Shown piece by piece: positions 36,456 to 47,059 of a stretch of 64,000 nucleotides of DNA (its first letter is position 1; each line of letters starts with the position of its first letter). Source of the DNA: Octopus sinensis (taxonomy: Eukaryota). The stretch covers positions 42,532,001 through 42,596,000 of the forward strand of contig NC_043002.1 in NCBI RefSeq assembly GCF_006345805.1. The letters run 5' to 3'. The notes under the pieces are model-generated. The model saw nothing but the letters and a program-made list of their open reading frames with translations, ran no database searches and was not told the DNA's origin. Both the position numbers and the translations under genes were made by a program.

Positions 36456-37050
36456 ATAGAGGTTTTCCATTAATATAAAAATTTTCAAATCAAGTGGCAA
36501 CATTATAGAGAAGATAGATATACAGACAAAGATGTGGATTTAAATTTTAAGAACATATGAGGTAGTGAAGTCCTTCCACTGACTGACTAAGATATGGTTG
36601 TTCCTAACTGCTGTAAGGTTAGAAGCAATAAAGATTTTTTTTAATTGTAGAAATGGAGTAAAGGAGGTTTCAGAACTCCATAAAAGGAATTCATGTTGAA
36701 GACAGCAATTACCACTAATAAATGCCAATTACTGCTATTTGATGAGAGAAACTAGGTCAATGTCAAATGGTCCTAATTCCATTCACAGAGAGTGTAATTT
36801 AGAGAAAAAAAGGGGGGAAAAACCTATCACTTATTATTATGAGTACGCATAGTATTTTTTAACTGGGGGAAAGCCTTATTAATTTTAGAAAAAAATTCCA
36901 ATTTCAAGTTTGCAGTGAAGTTTTTTTAGTCATATATGAATGTGAAATTGAAAGCTAGTATAGTATATTTCTTCTTATTTGATTATAAAGAATTAAAATT
37001 TGAAAAATATAGGAATACTCACAAAATTATTATTTAAAGTATTTAAACGT

Positions 37051-37611
37051 TCAGGTTGTGCAATGTATACAAAATTCTCCCAACTCCAGACGGTTATTCA
37101 ACAGATTTGTATTACTCTGATGTTTTAAAATTTCATAAGTTTCCATAGAACAAAGTTGACAACCATCCCTACTATTTCTATAAGGTTGCGCCCTTCTAAC
37201 TATATCCCATTTTAGGTTGAATTCTATATTATTTGTTTTTAGTTCCCAAATTTTGCTAGATAGCGTTGTGCAACCTGCCTTATGTTTGAGCCTAAAAGAG
37301 GAAAAATGATTGTTAAGACGTCTTTTAAGATCCACCGAACATCCGAAATAAAGAAAGCTATTGCTAGAAGCTATTATCGTGCATTTATAAATTACGTTTT
37401 GGACCGAACAACGACCAGATACCGGACATTTTGATCTAATCCTACAATTACAACTGGGGGGATAGTGTCCAGTACTGGAATTATTTAAGAACAGTTCACT
37501 TACATTACTGTTATTTAAATTATTATTAGTATTAGTATTACTTTCATTATTAGTAATCACGTTGTTATGCAAATTAGGGTTACTAGTTATTAATCCATCA
37601 TCACCTACCAT
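37051..37611 (-). mobile_element. Penelope-like element GIY-YIG endonuclease domain
   Basis: CNC....CPVSGRC...NVIYKC..LYFG......RRLNNH..SF, TTLSSKIWELK, W.IV.RA.PY, C.LC..E, LLN.R.E...C.H: the typical Penelope C-terminus. Confidence 0.85.
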
Positions 37612-37754
37612 ACTTTTATCTATACTACCTATATTATTGGTATTGTTATTATCACTATTTACATCAATGTTGTTATTATTATTATTATTATTGTCATCAT
37701 CATTATTAATATTATTTTTATTATTATTATTATTATCATCATTGGATATATATG

Positions 37755-37917
<163 letters not shown>

Positions 37918-38140
37918 TATTAGAGCAACAAGATATGTACCAACCCATCTGGAGCAAAGTATGGCTGAACTTGAGGAGATAATGCAACTCCTTAATTCAT
38001 ACGCTACAAATGATCACGATATCTGGGACTATGTATGTGTGTATGTATACTTGCGTACACACACGGCCTAGGCCGACCATTTCCTTGTGAGTGAATTTAA
38101 TAGACTGAAACTGTGCGAAAGCCAGTCGTGTATATGTATA

Positions 38141-38416
38141 TATCAAGTGATCACGTGACCGACCAGTCCATCAGATCGCTGGTCACAATGCGTTCGCATT
38201 GTTTTAGCCTTCGAATGACGCCACCCCGCTGGCTAAGCGAGCAGGCCAACAGAAGAAAGAGTGGGAGAAAGAGTGGTGAAAGAGTACAGCAGAGGGATCA
38301 CCACCCTCTGCCGGAGCCTCGTGGAGCTTTTAGGTGTTTTCGCTCAATAAACTCACAACGCCCGGTCTGGGAATCGAAGCCGCGAGTCCGCTGCCCTAAC
38401 CACTGGGCCATTGCAC
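38141..38416 (-). mobile_element. SINE family B variant
   Basis: Head (reverse complement) cgcgagtccgctgccctaaccactgggccattgc; body partly shared with 23120-23296. Confidence 0.8.
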
Positions 38417-38429
38417 CCCCCCCCCCCCA

Positions 38430-38544
<115 letters not shown>

Positions 38545-38878
38545 ATAATTATAAATTAGGGTATCTACGAGATACCACCATGCTGAAAATAGCAGCCATG
38601 ATCTGACTCAAAAACCACCTTAATTGTCCATATATCAAAACGGAGAAAAACAAAGAGCCAAAATGAAATTAGTAAAAAATTACTGGATAATTCTAGATCC
38701 CGGATTTCTGACTTTGCATTTAGTAATGCTTTGCCACGTCAGTAGAATACACACAGAAGAGAAACATAAATACATATATATATATAAGTACAACATACGA
38801 ATACTTACATATACGAACGTATACCTACATGTATATGCACGTATGCATCATGGCCAGTTCAAAATGCCTGCCGTTTAA

Positions 38879-38938
38879 TTTCAGCAGTTGTTAACGGCGA
38901 TAAGTACAATACTAGGGTCAAAAGCCTAATGTGCGGCG

Positions 38939-38972
<34 letters not shown>

Positions 38973-39409
38973 TATATATATATACATATATGCGTGAGTG
39001 TCGCTATGTTTGCCACCCCACCATCACTTGGCAACCAGTGTTAGTTTGCTTACGTCCCCTTAACTTACTGGGTTGACCAAAGAGCCCGAAAAATAAGAAC
39101 TAGGCCTTAAAAAATATGTACTGAAGAAGATTTATTCGACTGAAACAAGAAAAAAAAAACAAGATAATAAATCTGCCACCGCCTCTTTAATCAGCTTTTT
39201 AATGCGTCGTCTGCAGATAAGAAACCATGTCCTCGCATGTTATTCGGGGTTGAATTTTGCTACATTAAAAAACACAAGAGCTGAAAGTTGATTAGTTTGA
39301 AGTTTTGCACATTGTGGAGGTGCATAAATATATTTATGTTATTGTAGTTGCTTTCACATTAGGCTGTTGACCCTAGTATTGTATTTATCGCCGTTAACAA
39401 CTGCTGAAA
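38879..39409. repeat. 55-bp inverted repeat pair with a 421-bp spacer
   Basis: 38879-38933 is the reverse complement of 39355-39409, with 2 mismatches. Confidence 0.9.
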
Positions 39410-39862
39410 ATGTGCAGAAATTATCTACTCTTAAGTCTTAATAGGACTTATAAGATAAAAAAAAAAAATTCAAACCAAACTGAAAACATAGTTAATTTTC
39501 AACACATTGCACGTTGTTAACCCAACTTGACTCTTGTAAAAACTATTTCAAGTATTAATCCACTGTAAGTTAAATTTTCAGTGCATAAAGACCGGCTCAC
39601 TCAAATCTCAACATACCAACTATATATAGATAAACACTACAGAAGCTATCTGTGCAAATTGTTTTCTACATGCATGAAGGAGCATAGCTCAATGACAAAT
39701 ATGTTGATTGTATAAACGTGGGCACGTATCAAAAGCTATGTTGAGAAAATTGTTAAACAGCTGACATTACGATTGTAGCAAAGGCAGAGTAATTGCCTGT
39801 GTGGGTTTAAGCCATTTTAAATAATTTAAATCATAAACCATTGACACAATAAAAATATTTTG

Positions 39863-40792
39863 GGATCTTTACCTTTTGACCTACAGATTTAAAAAATAAT
39901 TTTTTGCGAGTAAACACTTTCAAACTTTAGAATGTGTCATATAAAACATCTTTTACTCTTAGCATTTTTGAGAAAGACTTATATTTACGAAGTAATTTCA
40001 CGTCAAAGTAGCCCTATTTCGGTAATTTCAACCAATCAATGACGTGTATTCAGCTGAATAAAATTACTGCCGTTGCTTGTCAACAAGAACTTCCGGCGGT
40101 GTATTTTTCGTTTGGGATCTTTTCTATTCTGAAGCCAGGACCACAGATCTTTCTACTTAACTAAATAATCTGAAACTTCGTATGCTGATAGAGTCTAGCA
40201 AAACAAGACACAGGTTGGAACTAGTTTATTTGAGAAAAATCTATTTTATGACTTTAATCGTAGATTAAAACTGCGAATTTTAACCAATCAGATTGTTTGT
40301 TTTCATGTGTAAAACTTGACTGCATTCTATTAGTGTGACGTAGAAAGCGCTTTTGTGACGTACTAGCGTTCGGAAAACTGTAAACAAACACGGCAGACGA
40401 AATACGGCTACGCATTTCGCCCGGCGTGCTAACGTTTCTGCCAGCTCTTTGCTTTTTTAATATTAAATTTCGGCGAAGTTTCGCTTGTCGTAGCACAAGT
40501 TTTCCGTCGATTTCCGTAAAAAACTTTTATTTTTTTACATAAGTAATGAGAGCGAAAGAGACTAAGAGGAAGCGATTTTATGACGAGGGAAGTTTGTCTT
40601 TGAAGTTACCGTCTAGGGGAAGCATTGATGTACATGTGTGTGTGTGTGTGTGTTTGATGGGGTGTGGGAGACAGTATGTTGTGTAAGTGAAGTGCTTCTG
40701 TTAGTGTGTGTGAAGAGACAGAGAGAGTAATGTGTGAAAGAGAGAGATAACTGAAATTTTTTACTCGGTGTATGTGTATATGTATGTCTGCA

Positions 40793-40829
<37 letters not shown>

Positions 40830-41372
40830 CTATGTATGTATGGCCAATTCATCGTAATTACGATTACGATGAATCGGCTATACATACATACACACACACA
40901 CATACATACACACACACACATACTTACACATACATACACACACACATACATGCAGACATACAGAATGGAAACATTTTCAATTTAATACATGTGGCTTATT
41001 AACTAGTTTTAAATATTGTTATTAGAAGGTGGCTGACTTGTTTACATTTAAGATGTTAAATACGTCACGAAATTGGTGGTCGAGACGGAGTAAATAAAAT
41101 AAAGCCGAATGACGGAATATCATAGGTTAAAATTCTAATTATTAAACAACGTTAAACTTAGAAGTTACAATTCCGTTTTCATTCTGGTTTACAATTAAGT
41201 TTACTTTTGACACATTCTACCAGTATACGAAGTTTCAAATTGTTTGGTTCAGTAGGAAAAATTTGAAAAAACTGGCCTCAAAATAGAAAAGATCCTTCGT
41301 TTGTCACTGTTATTCATGACAACCCTAACCCTAATTTATTTTTTAAATCTGTACGTCAAAAGGTAAAGATCC
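39863..41372. mobile_element. Outer GGATCTTT-type MITE, split by a nested relative
   Basis: TIR ggatctttaccttttgac(c/g)tacagatttaaaaaataa at both ends, with 1 mismatch in ~35 bp. Confidence 0.8.
40115..41295. mobile_element. Inner GGATCTTTTC-TIR element with an 8-bp TSD (Merlin-like), itself containing a SINE C head and microsatellites
   Basis: TIRs start ggatcttttctatt; ttcgtttg at 40107-40114 and 41296-41303. Confidence 0.85.
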
Positions 41373-41534
41373 CAAATTTAGTTAAGAAAAACATCACCGA
41401 AAAAAGTCACTTTTTATTTTAAAACTATAAATAAATTTAGTAATAAAACAAGAAGTAGTTTAAATCGGTTGTTAGCTGACACTATGTGAAAATTGTACAC
41501 AATTTATATAAGATGACATTACATATCTATTTTG

Positions 41535-41953
41535 TTTTTATTGTTTTGGCAATAAGACTGCGGCCATACTGGGGCACTGACTTGAAGAATTTTCATAGTC
41601 GAATGAATCGACCTCAGTACTATTTTTAAAGTCTGGTACTTTTACTATCGGTTCTTTCGCCGAACCGCTAAGTTACGGAGGACGTAAATACACCACCACC
41701 GGTTGTCAAGCGGTGGTCGGGAAGGGGGAAGACACAGACACAAAGATGCGCGCGCGCACACACACACGCATATACACGCATACATATATACGACGAGCTT
41801 CTTTCAGTTTCCGTCTACCAAATCCACTCACAAGGCTTTGGTCAGACCGAGACAATAGCAGAAGACACTTGCCCAAGGTGCCACGCAGTGGGACTGAACC
41901 CCGAACAATGTCGTTGGGAAGCAGGTTTCTTACCACACAGCCACGCCTGCGCC
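41535..41953 (-). mobile_element. SINE family A, full length
   Basis: Reverse complement of 6401-6809. Confidence 0.9.
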
Positions 41954-42181
41954 TTATATTGACAATTCATGGCATGTACAGATTGAAAACACCTTACATA
42001 GTAAGGCATCACATGCATATTAAGTATTTTTTATGTTCATGACTAAGACAAAAATTCCTGCCGACGCCACCAAAATCTCAGCCAAAGTCTTGTGGTTCTC
42101 CCATTGAGCAACATACAAGTTGCGAAGGATTTCTTGTTGCTGACTTTTATTTATTTTTTTTCAGTACATATTTTTCCTGTG

Positions 42182-42242
<61 letters not shown>

Positions 42243-42904
42243 CACATATATTTTTTTTCTGGATTCTATTTTCCAAGTCTTCGAAAGCCGTTTTAGCTGC
42301 ATTAAGTATATTTGCCTTCTGGAAAATTTAACTTGCTTTTTGTTTCCATATCATTCAGTAGAAACACGGTTACAACACTTAAAATGTATAAAAATAACGC
42401 AAACCCTCTTCCTTCCTCATCTCTCTCTCTCTCTTTCTATCTCTCCTCTCCCCTTCCTCTCTCTCTTACTCAGATCAAATGCTATCAGAAATCACTCATG
42501 TTTGATGACTTAACGTGAAAAAATAGCTTGCATCTGGTTATTTTTAGGCACTTTTTGCAATATGCAAAGTGTAAGCTTCTGCTAACATTTTTGAACAGCT
42601 TTGATCAGCCCCACCCAAGTTGACTTTTACTCTACAGAAATGTAGAGTTAAATCTGGAACCCTAAGGAATTAGTGAGGCCTTAAAAAAGCTAGACAACAT
42701 TGAAAACTCCATGTGAATTAAACAGCAGAATCGAATTGCTGGCAAATGTTCACAAGTATTTTAACCAGCAATGAAAGGCTTACATTTGCAATAAAGATGT
42801 TGTTGACTAGCTCCAAGTTAGCTCTGGTTAAACAAATCTAAGATTAAAGTCAATCGAGCTGCAACCATTTCGTCTAGGACCCTTTAATTAATATTTTATT
42901 CGGG

Positions 42905-43196
42905 TGGACCTCCATAGTCATTCGATGTTTAAAAACTAGTTTTATCGAAACTTCTTTCAAAATTCCTATTTTTTCTTCCACACATTAGCTTGTGTAGGTT
43001 GATCTATGTAAAATGTTAGAGAAAGAAACCTAGCTGTTTCTTGCAATGCATACCAATACATGCACCGAAAACAAATTTTTTTCAGGGGCCCTTAAAATAT
43101 TTCTGTGGATCCACAATTTACCATTTTGTTGTGTGGGCCACCAAAAATTTTATATAGACCCTCAAGGGCCTTCTGGACCCCGGTTGAGAGCCACTG
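42905..43196. mobile_element. hAT/Charlie-like MITE fragment
   Basis: Second copy of 31115-31457; ends ggttgagagccactg. Confidence 0.65.
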
Positions 43197-43511
43197 CTCT
43201 AAGGCTAACATTCAATAATTAAAAAAAATTTTTTAGGTTTTTTTTTGTAGATATAGGGTGTGATTTGAGGTAAGTTTAGACTGCTATTGCTAGCAGGCCG
43301 GACGATTACGTAGAGCCTCCTTCATGAATCCGTCATTCATGATAATCAATGACGAATCTAAGAATTACATCAGTTAGAGTAACTGGCATTGGCTAAATGT
43401 TTGAACTAAAATTGGACAGGAATCAATTTGCGTAACGACACGAAAGAAATTTTTTTCGAGTTATAGTCTTAATTCTATATTACATTCTATCATGACTGGG
43501 TACATGAAGTG

Positions 43512-43731
43512 TGTAAGAACGACCGTGCGAAAGGAGAGTTGACGACTGAATGACTCCTTTAATACACCGCACGGTCGCTTACAATAAACGCAAAATGGAT
43601 AAATGAACGTGAGTGCCAGCAGGAAAAGAAAGACGACACAACCATAGAATTTTAAGAGAAAGGTTTTATTTAGGCGTTAACATGAGTGTGTCTGTGTGTT
43701 CGTCATAAGTACATATATAATAATAATAATA

Positions 43732-43776
<45 letters not shown>

Positions 43777-44820
43777 CTGAAAACAGAAACAATTCCTATC
43801 ATAGTAGGTGCATTAGGCATGATAAAAAAATATTCAGACAAATACATAACAAAAACACCAGGACTTACAAACACATATAACATACAGAAAATTGCACTAC
43901 TAGGCATTGCACACATCCTACGCAGAACACTTTCCATACAATAACCATCAGAGCATCACAACAAATCACAGCACATACCCAAGGCACACAGAGCTGCGCT
44001 CGGTAGTGAAGTGAAAGCACGCTATAAAAATAAAACTACTGAATAATGATAATAATAATAATAGACAGGCCGTCATGCATACATAAAGTGTATGTGTTTA
44101 AAAACAAGGGTGTATGCGTGTGAGATAAAATACAGAGCATAGAAAGAGTCTATAACAGGACGCTAGAAGTTCAGACACAATGAAGATAAATACCAGTTCG
44201 TAGTAAGGTACACAATAGTTGAAGTGCTGTAACAAGAACTTGTGGCTACAATGCAGAGCCGGTTGAAGCACGTGTCGTGTAAGCGGTTGCGGCTACTATG
44301 CAGAGCCGGTTACTTGATACAGGAAGATCTCGCAGGTTGTATTTGCTGTCAACCATGGTGAAGTAATTCACAAACAGTGTGGAGATAGAACCTGGATGAA
44401 TGATGCTGTGTACGTAAATATGTTTGGCGTCGTTAAGAAGACGGGGGCGACGGAGATGGAGGTCAGGAATGCTGCTGGACGAAGTTGAGTCTCCATGTGA
44501 GCTGCTGTTGTTGTCTGTCGCTGGAACTGGCTGTATGCTCTGTGGTCAGTGGTCAGACCTTAGATGGTCTAGAACCAAAGATATCGACTTGATGAATCGC
44601 TGAAGTTTTATAGCAAATTATCGGCTCAAACGGAGCTTTAGAAAAAGACTGTGTCACGGGACCTTATCAGAAGGCTGCGATTGGTTGGGTTGCACATTGG
44701 TGCGTAATAGAGCAAGAGACAAATTGCGCCAATACCAACCAATCAGAGTAGTGGACACAATAGAGTCCAAATTCCCGAAGGCTAGCTGTTATCTGCTACA
44801 TCCGTATTCATGTTATATAT

Positions 44821-44824
<4 letters not shown>
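43512..44824 (-). mobile_element. Solo LTR family X, interrupted by a Dong LINE tail
   Basis: Minus strand TG (44824) ... CA (43512); CCAAT, TATAAAA (~44607-44613) and AATAAA (~43665-43670) in LTR order. No clear TSD. Confidence 0.7.
43774..44062 (+). mobile_element. 5'-truncated Dong/R4 LINE 3' end in (AAT)n
   Basis: Encodes KTETIPIIVGALGMIKK...IQKIALLGIAHILRRTLS*, then a 3' UTR. (AAT)n on both sides. Confidence 0.85.
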
Positions 44825-44873
<49 letters not shown>

Positions 44874-45342
44874 TCACTAAGCGTCCGCCACAAGTGAAAG
44901 AGAAAGGAGAGAAAGAAAACAAGAAATCAATAGATGAGCTTTGTTATCAAGGGAGGTCTTTATCGTGTTCCCTCAAACCGCACACAAAATAAATATTGAA
45001 ATGCGCGAGTTGATTGTATTTTTTTATGTATTATTAGTAAGTAACTGGTGTTGCCTTGGTTAATGATTGAAAAATAAAATGACGAATGGCAAACATCAGA
45101 TCCACAGAATAAAGGTGAACTTTACACAGCTCAGACGAACGAAACAACAGACCGAACTGACAATATATTACGTTGTTCACAAGTAAATTGCTCACCGCTG
45201 TTATTAAAGCAAAATATCAAGCACCTCAACTTGAACACTATAATGTAATAAAAAGGAATCGATATTTCAGCAGTTATGTCTGAACAAATAGGAAGAGAAA
45301 GAAAGAGCGAAGGAGAAACGGAGAGAGAGAGAGAGAGGGGGT

Positions 45343-45384
<42 letters not shown>

Positions 45385-45933
45385 GGAGGAGGATATGAAA
45401 TCGATAGAAGAGAATTGTTTATCAAGGAAAATCATTACCGTGTTCCCTCAAACTGCACGCAAAATTAGGATCATTATCCAATCTACTTGATGCTACTTAA
45501 CGAGTTTTCTTTTTAATTTTAAGTATTGTTTACAAATTTTATTTTTGGTTGGTTCGATATATTGGTACCATTCACTATGACAACTATTATGAACCTCTTC
45601 AATTCTTTCTGTTTTTTTGTTTTTTATGGAAACATTATTCAAGAAATCGAAAAGACATATAATGGTAAGCTAATGTTGAAAAACTATTTTGTGGTATTAG
45701 TTATGGCTATTTACTTTCTGGTTTTAAATCCTTCCGAAGTTAGCTTTGTTTTTCATCCTTCCGGCGTCGAGAGAATAAATCACCAGTCAAGTATTGGAGT
45801 CGATTTATTATTCTCACAATGTATCCTAAATATGAATCTAGATGTATAAAAGATCGTGTCACCATTTTGCTTTCAAACACTTCTGCCATGTTGTAGAAAT
45901 GTGAAAAGACGAAAAGAGAAACCTTGAGTCCAG

Positions 45934-46439
45934 TTGCAACTGTCGCGACCCAGGATCCGGCCACTTGACCAACGATGTATGACTAAATCTATTGTATATG
46001 AGGCAGAAGTTACTGCAACCCTAAATAATAATAATAATACAACTGATAAGAAGGCCTATATCGGATTAAGTGGAGATGAATTTAAAAATCGCTCTTCAAA
46101 TAAAAAATATCGGATTAAGTGGAGATGAATTTAAAAATCGCTCTGCAAATAAAAAATATCCTCCTTCCGACATAGGACAAAAGTAAAGCTACTAAGTTGG
46201 CTAGCTACGTATGGACTTTGAAAGACAACGAAACGCTGCATGTGATTAAATGGCAAGTGATTGAGAAATCCATACCTTATGTGAATGGATCGAATAAATG
46301 TAGACTTCATTTGGCTGAAAAGGTGCAGATCCTGTTTAGATGTAAGATCCCTAACTCTCTATTGAACACCAGGTCAGATATTTTCAGTGGTTGCATGCAT
46401 ATTTTGAAGAATTGGAAAATTCTGTCTATTCCTGACTGA
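45934..46439 (+). mobile_element. Penelope-like GIY-YIG remnant
   Basis: PLDQRC..KSIVYEA.V, KAYIGLS..EFKNR, LASYVW.LKD, IKWQVIEKS.PY.NG..KC.L...EK, LLNTRSDIFS.CMH. Frameshifted by a 49-bp tandem duplication. Confidence 0.85.
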
Positions 46440-46634
46440 CTTGGTATCTTTCCAGCTTTATCATTTAAGGTCTAAGGAGGACAGCTCTTCTACCTTTTTG
46501 CTTTTTATTTTTTACATTTTAGTTTCTGTTTTTCACTTTCCGTTGTTTACTGTCTGCGTTTTCTATATGCTGCCTTCTCAAGTTTTTCACGTTTCTTCTA
46601 TTATTCAATTTCTTTAGTTCGTTATATTTGGTTG

Positions 46635-46686
46635 GCGCCTGAAGAATATGTTTGAGTTTCTCAACATAGGAAACTACTAGTAGCGC
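46635..46686 (+). ncRNA. Type I hammerhead ribozyme motif
   Basis: GCGC-CUGAAGA-A-UAUGUUUGAG-UUU-CUCAACAUA-G-GAAAC-UACUA-GUA-GCGC. Stem II is 9 bp but has an A.G mismatch at 10.1/11.1. Confidence 0.7.
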
Positions 46687-46753
46687 TTTAATACATGTAT
46701 GGTGACTTTAAAATAAATAATGAGTGTGTGTATGTATGTACGCTTACATATGT

Positions 46754-46818
<65 letters not shown>

Positions 46819-47059
46819 ATATGTTTCGAACTTGTGGGTTAAAATTGATCCAAAAGAATTGGTCGTTTGTGATAGCAATATCGAGGTCTTCTCGGATGTC
46901 TGGTTGTTTCAAGTTAGGGGCGCTAGTGTTGCAATAGATTTACAATGAATGTCGAAACAGACTGACATTTAGTTTTACAGTAGACATACAAATAAATTTG
47001 AGCATAGATTTTAAAATAAAATAACATGTAGATTATCAATATATTTACAACACTTGCAT

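Noticed and set aside
46676-46700. A|CTAG as the missing 3' end of the 47-49.7 kb Helitron
   Set aside because: No adjacent GC-rich hairpin; the CTAG is explained as stem III of the hammerhead motif.
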